Shown here: one piece after another, positions 12,701 to 24,936 of the stretch | How the letters are laid out: each line of letters begins with the position of its first letter | Numbering within the stretch: position 1 is the stretch's first letter | NCBI GenBank assembly: GCA_050273025.1 | Contig: CP158635.1 | Location: forward strand, 6,696,001-6,760,000 | Direction: 5' to 3' | Origin: Cenococcum geophilum | Lineage: Eukaryota | DNA length: 64,000 nucleotides | Translations under genes and position numbers: made by a program | The notes under the pieces: model-generated | Told to the model about the DNA's origin: nothing | Seen by the model: only the letters and a program-made list of their open reading frames with translations | Database searches by the model: none

Positions 12701-15700
12701 CCGGACCCAATAGAGTATCGTTTCTTTTGAACCCTTCGCTTACTGTCTCGGCGTGAAATGGTTGCACATGGCTGCCAAATGAATGATCATAGGAGGAGAT
12801 TTTGGAGCCTGATGTGCAACTGCTACGATCATCTCAGCTTTGTGGAACGAACCACCTTTACGATGCACGACGGCGGTGAGGTAGGCAATTGTTGTCGAAG
12901 TAGCATGTGTTACACAGAAGGTTAGATTATGCGATGCGTCCCATTTCCTACCTATCGTGCATTCTGAGTAGGGAAGTCAATCCTTGGACGATGTTATGCC
13001 TCAGACGTCTTTAGTTCCAAAAAGAAAGGAGAATTTTAAAGGGAACTTGCGGAAGCCCCCCGTAGTATTAGGTGATACCCGTTGTAGTAAGTGCTTTGTA
13101 TTACGCCTATAACATGAATGCATTACCATTTTTGTGTGTACCCGATCGCATAGCGAATACGAAATGGCCATTTCGGGACGGGTGGCCGGGTGAACAGACT
13201 GGTATGACGAATCACTCGGTTGACTTGGTCGATAGGTTGATAGGTCGACACCAAAAGCTGTCCGCAATTTAAGCATGTTCCCCACAGCTCCGCAGCGATT
13301 GCTGACAGGGGCATCCTACTCGTGAAAAGAGGCAAACACCACCATCCAGTTCCCCGGACACGGGCTGAGCGCCATGGAGCCCGACAGCCTGGTAATGGCT
13401 CGAGGTTAATCCCTTTTAAGCCCGGACTTGACGGGACTGCCGCTTCACGAATCGTATGGCCTCCCCTGACTGGCGCTCTGCCTTCCCCAGGCCAATCAGC
13501 GTCGGGGGCATCTCCCACCATGACAGCTCCACTTGTTGTTCTTACCCAGCAAGCAGAACCCATCTCGTGGCCGCCACTGCTGCTACTGTCAAAAAGCGAG
13601 CGGAGATGGATATAATTGCTGACCACCAGACCTTCAAATGCTATAGCCATACCCCATGTCGGCTGGAATGCCACAGTGCCAATGTAGGACTGGCTCAGCG
13701 ATCGCCTCCCTCCGGCAGCCTGACCGCTTCCCGTACCCTTTCTCATCACAAGCCACATCACATATTCATCTCACGGCATAATCCGCACCTGGCGCTTGCA
13801 GAACTCGTTGTCTTATCAGCTGATGGCGCCGACTCCCGGTTAGCTACGCCGACTCCCGAGATTGCAACCCCAGCCTCCTACAAAAGATTCACCACTCTAG
13901 GCTTGAAGAGGCGCGCTAAACGGACCCGTCGGAACGGATAGCTCACGGGGGGAGGTGAATTTTCCTTCCGCGCACGGAGCCTGCTCCTCCCTTGGCCAAG
14001 TGTTGCGACTCACCAAGCTTTAGACCCTGCAGACCATGTCTTTTTTGCGCACGAAAGAAAAGAACTCGACCTCGTCTGAACCCAGGGAGACCAGCCAGCC
14101 GCTAGCATCGTTTCCGGGACCAAAACCGAGGTTACCACGCTTCCGATTATGAGGACCCCGGGGCACAAGGCTCGATTCGTCGCGTGGTCGTCGCGTTTAC
14201 ATTGACCTGCCTGCTCGAACGGGCCAAAGCAACGATGCCGCTCTTCTGGTCCCGGGACAGTAGCTGAAGCTTGTCGGCCGTTACCCAGATGCATCGACTG
14301 TCTCCTCTTTCTCGCAGCTGCACAGAAGTTTGAAACACGCACCGCGGTGCAAGGACATGACGACATCATTTCTTCCCATTACCATCTCTCCAACTTCTAA
14401 CTCTCTAGAGCGAAAAGGTAGCCATGCCGTTTTGCTTCTGCGAGGTAAGCGACCGCCTCCTCTTTCCAAGCGATAGGCAACGCTCATGTGCCACTATCCA
14501 CTGCCCACTGCCCACTGCCCACACTTGGCTCTGCGCTCCCCAATCCAAGTCCGTTTCCCCCCACGCTCACCTGTGGCACACGCTGCTCATGCGACTGATG
14601 TCCCACGTGCTTATCACAATCTGTGCCACGAACTTGGGTTCCCTGGCAACGGCTTGGGTGCTACTCGTCCCTTCTTTGTCCGTGGCTTCGCCAAAATCTT
14701 CCTAGCATTGCCGCAGTTTAGGATCGCAGCTCCTAGCTGGGAAAGGTCCCAACGGATCGGCCTCAACCATTTATATTCCACGCCAATTATACCACGCCAG
14801 TGATGCTATCGAAAAAAGTAAGGTCTGCTCTCTGCAGACCTGGGCTTCCAACTTTTAGTGTTCCAGCACCGGCCGTGACATGCTCCCAAACACGGCGCCT
14901 ATGTATGCTGTGTTCGAGCTTGCTTATTGGCCTCGTTCCATCTCAGAGGCATGAACATCTAAATTTCATCTACTTCCCTGCATTACCCATTACATTATCG
15001 ATTCAGTCTTTCCAAAGCTAGCGCGCTGTTTTCTACTATTTTCGAATCTCCGTTAGTTATGGTGACACTGCTTGCTTATCCGTCAGCTGCATTCTTTCTT
15101 TACGGTGAAATTCATGCTAATCTCAACCCGTGGATTCATAAACTTCGCCATCGTGGTGGTCAGCCAGGCCTTAGTCAGTGTTCGATATTAAAATGCAACC
15201 TGTTCCCCAGTCTCGGGCTGAGTGGAAAGAGAACTGCAGAGACCACTCTCTCGGGACTGCGCTGACAAAAGCCCGTCTCCAATTTTATCTGTGTGGCAGT
15301 ACGGGCATCGTTCTGGTCATCTGCTTGGAATTAATCAACCATTTGGCCAGGTCTTCCCTGGAATTGGTATATTATCCTCTTTCGATTGTACTTTTAGAAT
15401 CCCGACACCGGGGTTTGTGCCACCTAGTCATGGCTCAGACGCGCAAGACAGCTTTCAGCACGGTCATCTCTTCTATTCTCGAAGAGAACCGATACTCTGG
15501 AACCCGTCTGACTGTGCTATCTCCTGAGGGCACGATAGAAGGCCCGAACCGCTTGATCTCAATCCCTCCAAAGCGACTTCCGACCATGTACCTCAGCCCA
15601 ACGCCTTGTACCTCCCAGATCTACCGGCTAATGTGTAGAGGCTGCACTGCAGTAATCTTGCACGAGGCTGTATCCAGACGTCTGACTTCCAAAACGACAT

Positions 15701-18029
15701 CGGGCTACCCCCGCAGCAGGATAAATCCAGGTCGGGTAAATAATAGCCAGAGGTTGACGTTTGACATTCCATGGGTACTTCTTTGCTCACCCTCATCGGC
15801 CATCCCGCTAAGGATTACCATCCCTCCCATCCAATCCACACGTTCCAGCTATGGTGGCCTTGCAGTAGGGCCATCAGAAAGCCCGCTGCGCTGTATATGT
15901 TACACTTTCAGACATCGTGATCTTTAATCCATCTTCTCCTGGCATAACCAGCTCATTTCACACCCCATCTACGAACACCTGTTTCAAACTACCCCAGACT
16001 TTGCTCACCGCTACTCCAGATCAATCTGTCAGCGCACAGGTTTCTGACCGTTCGCACCCACACCACTTCGGTGAAATGATAGTCGAGCCCGTTGCTTGCC
16101 TAATATCGACCCGCCCTGCAGGCCAATTCTTCATTCTTATACGCGCGTATGTACTCGGCACGAGATCCTGAGTCCCAGTAATTCGTTCGGCCTTCTATCA
16201 CCACGTCAGATTTTTTAGCATCGTTGTTGGCCTCCTTTCCAAACCCCTGGCAGCTCCTCTTGAACCACCGGAAAAAGCGGGAAATGGTTGAGATGTCTTA
16301 GACCTCAATTTCATGCAGCGTAGAGCGGAGATAGAGGTGTGGGGCTACGATGCCTTATGGATGGAACAAGCTGTTCCCCGGGACGCCGGTTTGGCAAAGG
16401 CTGGGGAATTAACATTTACCTGAATCAACACTCCCACATTTCTTTCATGTCAATTGAGTCTTATTCTGCATACTAGCCTTCGGTGCTAATTCGTATCGAC
16501 TATCTATTGCATCTTTGTTGAATATCTTAACTGATTTATCAAACAAATAGCTTGTTCACAGCTAAAGCTAGGTATATCACAATATCGAATAGGGTCTGTA
16601 ACAGGTGAAAAGGACGCAAAGCCAACGGAATTGATAGATATCAAGAATAGACAACATCCAAACGACTCAATCGGATCATTTTCAGCTCTATGGTCCAGTT
16701 TCGCATTGAGATATCTCAAATCCCAATCAAATTCGCCAAAGTCGGCACACGAACAGTCCTATTTACTACTCAAGCACCGCGAGGAAAAGCCTCACCACCA
16801 TGATCCCTCCTGAAGCCTGATCACGGCCATGAACCCCACTTCTACCGTACTGCCTCGTCTCGTTTCAAACCCTTTCTCAAGAACCTAAACCGCCTCGTTT
16901 TTCACTCGTCTTTAAACTCGCAAGGCGCGCAAACTAGCGAAACCCTAGTCCCTTCAGCACCTCAATATTCAATGGTCCTAGCGCCTCATCGTTTACCGTC
17001 TTCCTGGCTTCACCAGGACTCCCCTAACTGCAGCCCTATTCTCCCTCGGTTGCATCCGAATTTTCCAGTTGCTCCGGATAGTATGAAGTTAAGAGTGTGC
17101 GGCTTTTAAATCTAAGGCCACCACCGCCACTCTGCGCTCGTGCTCGTGACCCACGGCGATCGCTCCGCACTAGCGGAACGCCAAACTTATGCTTAGCCAG
17201 CTCCCTCCTTGTTTATGGGGCAAACAAGTCGACACGATGATGTTTCTCTTACTCGTAGTGAGGGGGAGAGAGGCACGGGTCCCGCGACCGGTGAGTTGAA
17301 AAAAAAAAAAACCTGACCGCCTAACCACCTAGCCAACTGGAAAGCTGCTCAGCTTTGCCCCGCGTGGCAGGCGGGTTGCTCTTCACACTTTTAGGGCCGC
17401 TGTTAGTGCGATTACAAGATCTGATGCAACCTGGAGAGCGGGCGAGATTTGCGGGGCCTGCTCCGATGGACGTTTTGCGACATGCTGTGGGCTAGCAGCC
17501 TCAACGTAAATGCACCCCGCGTCGCACGACATGATTCGTGAGCTCGGCATTCGCCACGCCGAAGGACATGACGCAGCGATGGCGACGTGCAATTTTGCGG
17601 CGCTGTTGTTGCGCTGCTCCTGACGCGCTGGGCCCGCGTAGCGTGTTTCTGGCATGAGCGCATTTCATGAGCATGAGTCGCGTCTGTTGGAGGAAAGCTA
17701 GCTACAGGCAGCTGTAGGCCGGTTTGTGGAACACTCAGCATGGGTGGTAGAGGTGCTTCAGAGTTAGTAGAGCTGCAGGTGTTGATGTAGAGATTTGGAA
17801 AGTGGCTGATTGCAAACTCCTAGTCCTTGCTCCTAGCTTGGCCGGTGTGTCGAGATAGGGATACTGTTACGGAAGAATGAGCAAACTGTAAGATACGTAT
17901 TGTACTATATGCTAGTTTGTCTCTAAGATGACGAATGGGCTATATACAAGGCCCTCCCTGCGCATCCTCCACATAGCAGATACGTGATAGTAAGAACGTC
18001 TAATATGCAATTTTTAAGAGTTTTGAAGG

Positions 18030-18460
18030 AGGCATATGCTCGCCACCCTCTAATGCTACGAGCACTCTTCCGAATGATTTAAAGACAGTTTTTCCAAGGA
18101 TTCAGAAAATATCTCCTTGGATTTTGTTAATAGATAATGATAGAATTCAGCGGAATCCCCGCCTTCTTAATATAGTCGAAACAGCTCCTGCACTATGTCC
18201 ACCTCTTTTCTTGTTAACTTATTTCGCTATGTGTATTACTGTTCTGCCTAAATCCAGTTGCCATACCAAGGGCTTTTAATGGCGGGAATTTTTTCTAATT
18301 CTATACCTTCCGTTTTCAGCTTTGGCTTTGGCTTGGCGAGCAGCGTCGTATCCTTACGGTCCAGATCATGAATCTGCTCATCTAAATCGCTGCCAAGTCT
18401 TTCATTTCTTGGTATCATACGATAAGGAAATTCAAAAGTGCGAGTTGTGAAGAGCAGTGC
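18030..18460 (-). pseudogene. RIP-type decayed ORF of unknown family (approximate limits)
   Basis: One frame reads protein-like (MIPRNERLGSDLDEQIHDLDRK...EVDIVQELFRLY*EGGDSAEFYHYLL) and is broken only by TAA/TAG stops, as expected from CAA/CAG->TAA/TAG. Confidence 0.3.
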
Positions 18461-18548
18461 AAATCTCTTCTATGGTGGAAAGGTTGAAGAGAGCCGAAAA
18501 AGAGCTGAAAATCGAATAGCTGGGCACATGATGTGCTGCAAGGATATG

Positions 18549-18747
18549 CAGCGCCTTTATTAACATTCAATACTTATCGATAAAGATTCAGTATTTTTCA
18601 ACAACACTATAAAAACGTGTTGTTAAATTAAATATAAATTAAAAAGCATTTAAATATCTATATTATTATTCAATAATATGTTATTATGGTGTTGTTGAAA
18701 AACACTGAATCCTTATCGATAAGTATTGAATATCGATAAAAGCACTA
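18549..18747. mobile_element. ~200-bp foldback / MITE-like inverted repeat with ~80-bp arms
   Basis: ATTCAATACTTATCGATAAAGATTCAGTATTTTTCAACAACAC (from 18565) pairs with GTGTTGTTGAAAAACACTGAATCCTTATCGATAAGTATTGAAT. The arm mismatches are almost all C/T or G/A transitions. Confidence 0.75.
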
Positions 18748-19183
18748 AATTATATGTATCTTGACCTGCATATAGTAGTGACTTGCATAAGTGAGTTCGC
18801 TTACGGCAGACTCTGGTAGGCCGACACTAAACAGTGTGAGGCCATCTTTCCTACTCTTTCAAGCCATGCCCTTATCAAGAGCCCTAGGTCGTGAGTTAAA
18901 GGCGGAAGATAACTAGAGCAGAGCCTTGAGTTAATAAAGAATTCGTTAAGAATGCTATAAAAAGCTATCCGTATATATGGGTGTGAGGTACTTTAATAAC
19001 TTGTCCTAAACGTATAGGTTACGCAATGATCAAGCAAATCGTGCCTCGGAGAATCATTGAAAGGGTTGAACTTCATTGTAAGCAGTTCTTATCAGGGTGT
19101 TATGTACCGAAGGAATAGTAATAGACAGCCCAGTACTAAAAAGGCAGATAAGAGATGAAATCTATTAATGCAGTCATTTACCC

Positions 19184-21118
19184 TTAAATCAGCAAGATAG
19201 TTCTTTCCTTAATAGCCGCAAAACGATCTGGAATCCCATTCCCATATAATCTTCCCTTACCTAGTCTTAAGTAAGTCTCTGTGCCTTTCGACTCTTCAAG
19301 TCTTAAAATAAGCCCATCGACACCCCATCCTTCGAAGCCAACGATTGCGAGTATCACAACTCCTTTTTGGTCTGAATAGAAAGCGGCTTCACTGTCGAAA
19401 AAGAAGTCTACGCTACGAGCCGAATAACCAAGCTCAGGAGCATTAAACTCAGTAAAGGTGATCTTGGACGTATTATCCCAAGTCAGATTAACCAGTCTTC
19501 CACTCAGAATCAGTTCGGCCCGGCTAAGCTGGCCATATTTGTTGCCCGGATCGACGAGGTCTACCTGATGGCCTATGAGCGTGGTAAGGAAAATATGTGG
19601 AGGACCATAATGGAAATAAAATCTTAGGTACTTTTCGTACAGTTGGATCTCGACATCTGTATTAGCCCAGCTCCAAGTTGGAGCCCTGTAGACGCCCTGG
19701 CTCTTCCTTGAAGCTTTCGGTGTGAAATCCCTGGGAATTGTCCATAGCAAGGACCTTGGTAGCTCGTGTCGGAAGAATCCAGCGATGTAGTCATCATCAA
19801 AGACCGCAGCCATGCGTTCGGCAATACCTGCAAAAGCGACGAACTTATCGGTATCAGCCTTTGTCAGTGAGCATCGAGTGTAGGCATGTATAAGTTCTTG
19901 CCAACATAAAGAAGCCGCGTCAGAACCCTGGTCTGATTTATTCGGGAGTTCGAAAGGTGGCAATTCGAATATATGATAAGGTATTCCGTTGGGAAAAGCT
20001 TCACATGTATTTTGAGACTCAGAACACTCCCAAAAAACTTGATGGGTACCGAAATGCAATACCCGCGGAGCTAACATGCGCTCTTGCAATACCCATCCCC
20101 GAGACGCCAGAGGAGTAAGCTGGTGACCCCTTCGAGGCAGTTCGGCGTACACAACCAGATGCGGTACAGTATCGGATTCAGATGAAAATGGGGTGCGACA
20201 ATTGATAACATACGGCTCAATGTGTAGAGGTTCACGCTCAACGAAGCAGCTTTTGGTGGCGTCTACAGCTTGCGTAGATGCGATATTGACGATGCCGTTC
20301 GAATATATAGATCTCATAGCGGTTACGTGGTGGAGCCAATCCATTTTACTACCTTCTCCGGATTGGATGATGCATAAGGAGTCAATCCACAAGTACTTCA
20401 CCTGAAGTGACTGGCATATCTGGACGGCGTTGCGGAAATTCTCTGGGAGATCTTTTAACGGTATGCCTACCCGCATATCCTCAAGCCGGTCACCTGTCAG
20501 CCGGAGAAATGTTGGATTTGGTCCCTAGCAGTAACTTAAAGTTGCGAACGGTCCCTTTGGGGGTTCACTTTTGGTGATTACTAGCCGCGGATTTTGCGCG
20601 GTAACGTCCAGAAGCCTCGGCGGGAACCACTTTGAGTCTCGATTCCTGTCACATTTTTCATGGGCATTCAAACACCTCTTTAGCCATGATAGTGCAAGCC
20701 TACCAATAGCTGGGTCGCCCGTATTTGACGGAATGATTCGATTTGAATGGTGAGCGATTCCAAACAGCGGATTTTTTTCGCCAGCCATTTCCAGCTCACA
20801 AAGTGCTCTGGAAGATATTGGTAGAAGGTAGAACGAGCAATCCACCTCCGGGATACCGGTGCCCCAGCTGGAAATTTGGACACCAGAAACTGACTGAGAA
20901 GAGTTTGTAAAACAAGACCACTGAAGCAATGGCCTCTTAATTGCGATATGATCGACACTTTGCATAGTGATTCTTCGTAACTCTTCAAGCACAATAACGC
21001 AAAACCAGCAATAGTTTACGGCAGCCGATTCGAGATCCGCTACAGTTTCATGATGAGGTCGTTTGTTACTATCCTGAACAAAGTCCTCGAACATGCGCTC
21101 GCATGTAGTGCAAAGCAT
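19184..21118 (-). pseudogene. HET-domain (heterokaryon incompatibility, TIR-like) protein, 644 codons with one in-frame TAG at 20527-20525
   Basis: MLCTTC start; PPRLLDV; FATLSYC*G (canonical LSYCWG); YLWIDSLCIIQ; MRSIYSN; LASRGWVLQERMLAPRVLHF..QVFWEC; YRAPTWSWA. ORFs 20525-21151 and 19184-20476 are in the same frame. Confidence 0.9.
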
Positions 21119-21132
21119 AATGGAAGGAGGTT

Positions 21133-21383
21133 TGTCGACCGTTGAGGTCACTCTCAGGTACCACCTTATGACTCACCACCTTGTTCTCGTATGTCTTACT
21201 ACTGTCTCGGTCAACGACTCGGTCAACGACACGGTCTACGACTCGGTCAACGACACGGTCTACGACTCGGTCTACGATACGGTCAGCGAAGTAGTCTACT
21301 ACCTATTTTCCTTATGTATTTATAGAGGCTCTAGAGCCACATTCAATAGACAGAGTTCTTCTCAGTGACTTGTCCGTCCGACA
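21133..21383 (+). repeat. 5' LTR (type A, 251 bp) containing 12-bp tandem units
   Basis: Same sequence as the 3' LTR except for one fewer 24-bp GACACGGTCTACGACTCGGTCAAC unit. Confidence 0.95.
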
Positions 21384-21487
21384 GTTATGAGCCCGGGGTT
21401 GTTTCCCACGCACTGATTACCTCTTTTGATCAGCTGTTCCCACGGCTCGTGTCCGGGTATACATAGTATACTCGTTATCAACAAGAA

Positions 21488-21750
21488 GGCACCTTGCTAC
21501 CTAGAGCCGTCGTGGCGAGCGACGCGCACAACAAGACGCTGGCACCTTGCTGCCACAATACAAGAGGAGCCGTCGTGACGAGCGATGCGCCCTCACAAGA
21601 AGACGTTGGCACCTTGCTGCCACAATACTAAAGGAGCCATCGTGACGAGCGATGCGCCCTCACAAGAAGCTGGCACCCTGCTGCCATAAAAGACAACGAC
21701 ATCAACGCCGTCGTAATGAGCGACGCGTCACGATCAACGAGACGCTTGCA
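21488..21750 (+). repeat. ~4 imperfect ~55-67-bp tandem repeats inside the Copia leader
   Basis: Recurring GGCACCTTGCTGCCACAATAC...GAGCCGTCGTGACGAGCGATGCGCCCTCACAAGAAG. Confidence 0.8.
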
Positions 21751-22076
21751 CCGTACTGCTACGACAATCGATTCGTCCCTCAATCAATCCTCCATCCATA
21801 ATGACAACCACAACCTAGATACACAACCATTCGATATAGTCGACCTACTCCACCACAGCGTAACGACCCCACGTGGCGTCCAAGTAGAGCCCAGCCAGAG
21901 CAAGACGCCAGAGCGGAAGCTAGCTTGGATATACTGATGGTGAGAGACGCGGGTTCTTGGAACGAGACGAGGGTAACACGGGGTTGGGTTATTGAGCTTT
22001 GGAACGAGACTTTAAAATTCTACGCCCAGACTAGTGATACAGCTTCAATCTCAGAGAGCTTAAAGCTGGGAGGGTG

Positions 22077-22226
22077 TGTCAGACGCCAAGTGTGGCTTAG
22101 TTATGAGTCATACGGGGAGGGGGGTCCCCCCCCTACCTGTGACTCATACCTCATGTATATATAGTCTCTTTTCTTCATAGATCAATCTTTACACGAGTCT
22201 TCCTGACCTGAACTTTCAGTCCGACA
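22077..22226 (+). repeat. Internal heterologous LTR (type B, 150 bp)
   Basis: TGTCAGAC...GTCCGACA termini, preceded by PPT AGCTGGGAGGGTG and followed by a second PBS GTTATGAGCCC (22227-22237). Confidence 0.85.
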
Positions 22227-22311
22227 GTTATGAGCCCGGGCCATCTACTGCATCATCTTTGATTTGAAACCCTGATTACCCTATCGTCAACTGAACAGTA
22301 GAAGCCTCAAA

Positions 22312-24528
22312 ATGTCCTCTCAACAATCCGAAACCCTTATTACGACGCACACTGTGATCCTAGCAGGCCCAAACGATTGGGACCAATGGATTGGTGTCGT
22401 CAAGTATAGAGCCGACGGTGAGAATGTATGGGAGTACATCAATCCGGATGTTAAGAAAAATGATCTACCTAGACACAGAGCACCGTCAGAGCCATCACCA
22501 CCAGTTGTCAATCCTCAGAAGACTACGTTCTCAGCCCTCGATGAAGGCGAGAAGGAAGAGCTTCGAGCATTACGAAAACAGTACGACCGTGCTTACAAGC
22601 GGTATAAAAAAGAGGAAGCAGCCCTCAAGTCTCTACGCACCTACATTATCAGCACTATTTCCCGTGACTACATCGACTACACCTTCGAAGGAAATACCGT
22701 CTACGATGTCCTTGTGTCGCTCAAGCAGGCTGTCGCTCCGACCGACGATGCTCGGAAGGTCGACCTAGCCACCCAATATTTGAAAATGAAGAAAGCCCCG
22801 AAGAGTCAGAATATCGAGAAATGGCTCCGCGAGTGGGAAAAGGTGTACAACGATTGCAAGAAGGTTAAACTACCTGAGGTAGATGGCGATCGATCAGTCA
22901 AGGACTTCGTGTATGCCGTCGAATCTGCCTCATCAGGATGGTCAGAATACTGGAAAAACGAATTACAGAACCTTGAGAGGAAGAAGGAAAGTCTACCTAC
23001 CCTTTGAGTCATCATCGAGGTCTACCGAAATCACCGTCGCTTGGAGTCTGCTCAGGAGGTAAGGAGCCAGGACGGATCCTATGCAGCCAGCTTCAAAGGA
23101 GAGCCAGTTAGCAAGCCTAAATCAGACGCTGAGTCAGAGAAGGAGGAGAAGAAGGATTGGAAGCAGTGCCTGTGCGGAAAGCAGCACCCGTTCAAGTACT
23201 GCTGGTATTTAGTTGAGTCAATTCGACCGTCGGGTTGGAAACCAAACGACTTAAAAATGCAGTTAGTAGAGCAGAAGCTTGCTGAGGCTCCACCCGAATT
23301 TAAGGCCTTGATCGACCGATTGAGGAGCCAAGCCTCATCCGACAAGAAGCCAGAGAATGCAGAGAATGCAGAGCAGAAGAGCTCACCCAGCAACCCACTT
23401 GGAAGCTTCGCAGTTTATTAAGCTGGAGCTTATGTCGCATCAGACTACGCTCTCCGTGATAGTGTAATTCTTGACCCTGCGACGACCTTGCATGTCATCA
23501 ACGACAGAGCAAGATTTATAGGTGATATCCGATCGGCTAGTGAACAGTTGTATACTGGATCTGGTATGGAAAATATCGAAGGCTTCGGAACAGCTGAAGT
23601 CACGGTTATCACCCCAATAGGAAAACAGAAGATTCATCTCATTGAGGCTGCGTACGTACCAGGATTTCACACGAATCTAGTTTGTAATCAAAGACTCAAT
23701 AAGAAAGGTGTCTTTTGGCACAATGAAGGGAACTACCTCTACCGTCGCGGTGGCGAGAAGTTCGCATATTGCGGATATCACCACGGTCAGATAACCCTCG
23801 AATATAACGAATTAAAGCCGAGCACGACGGAGGACGCGTCCTTCGCGGCTCGACCAACGGAGCCTCTACCAAATCAAAAGGTAGATGGACGGTTTTCGCA
23901 TAGTCGACTCGGACACGCAGGAATTAATGCGGTCGGGCGACTGCCTAAAGAAGTGACTGGAGCGGTTGTAGAAGGCTCTACGACCGTTAAATATAAGACT
24001 TGTGTTAGCAAAGCTCACAAGACAGTATCAGAAAGGACGCCTTAGAAAGAGCTTAACGAGACGTCACAGGAAGAGCTTAACGAGACGCCAGAGGACGAGG
24101 ACGAGACTCGAGTGGATATCGGTGGAAGTCAACAGGTGGATTCCGGAGGAAATCAAGTTCAAGCGACCGATCGAGAGGAGCTCAATCCTTAAGACGATGA
24201 CGCAATAGGCCCGCGAGCCTCAAAGGACAATCCTCCACCTGGCCTTCCTACCCCAGCTCAGTCACCAGAGCCTCAATCAACCGCATCAACCAATCAAGGA
24301 TCACGATTCGAATATATTCCAGAAAAGGAAGCCCGCCCAAGGCAGGAGATTCGAGACGATATAGGCGACGGCAATGTTGCAGAAGGAGGACGACGGAAGA
24401 AGCAGTTAACGCGACACCATGCCTACCTAACTGATATCAATCAGCGAATACACAGCGACAAGTTACTGCCTTTACCTAAGAACTGGAAGGAGCTTTTGAG
24501 TCACCTATATAAGATATCAAGAATCTAA
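22312..24528 (+). pseudogene. Copia gag-protease-partial integrase; integrase core, RT and RNase H deleted
   Basis: Gag (VILAGPNDWDQW; CLCGKQHPFKYCWYL), protease-like SVILDPATTLHVIND, pre-integrase HSRLGHAG. In-frame stops at 23005 and 23419. The RT lead-in LPKNWKELLSH is fused to a pol-terminus-like DIKNLI*. Confidence 0.85.
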
Positions 24529-24661
24529 TTTGATTCAATTTGGATAACATTGGACAAGGTAACTCTATGGAGGATTTCTTTATCTCAACACCAAATTGCT
24601 ATCGTGACTTTTTCTATTTTCTATCCAGCTGTTCAGTCTTGACTGAGCAGCTGGGGGGGTG

Positions 24662-24936
24662 TGTCGACCGTTGAGGTCACTCTCAGGTACCACCTTATGA
24701 CTCACCACCTTGTTCTCGTATGTCTTACTACTGTCTCGGTCAACGACTCGGTCAACGACACGGTCTACGACTCGGTCAACGACACGGTCTACGACTCGGT
24801 CAACGACACGGTCTACGACTCGGTCTACGATACGGTCAGCGAAGTAGTCTACTACCTATTTTCCTTATGTATTTATAGAGGCTCTAGAGCCACATTCAAT
24901 AGACAGAGTTCTTCTCAGTGACTTGTCCGTCCGACA
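24662..24936 (+). repeat. 3' LTR (type A, 275 bp)
   Basis: Direct repeat of 21133-21383, followed by TSD AGGTT. Confidence 0.95.

Larger units (their letters stand above)
21133..24936 (+). mobile_element. Ty1/Copia LTR retrotransposon, internally deleted, recent insertion, three-LTR structure
   Basis: TG...CA LTRs at 21133-21383 and 24662-24936. 5-bp TSD AGGTT at 21128-32 and 24937-41. PBS GTTATGAGCCC (tRNA-iMet anticodon-arm type) and PPT AGCTGGGGGGGTG. Confidence 0.95.

Noticed and set aside
15178..15927. 249-aa ORF (also 9900-10583 and 13123-13761)
   Set aside because: No recognisable domain or gene-like composition; likely chance ORFs in GC-balanced DNA.
21119..21151. ORF-track N-terminal extension MTSTVDKPPSI of the HET protein
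   Set aside because: It begins at a GTG inside the LTR. The MLCxxC ATG at 21118 is the more plausible start.
21093..21368. Duplicated VNDSVNDTVYDS ORFs (also 24661-24921)
   Set aside because: These are the LTRs translated through their 12-bp repeats.
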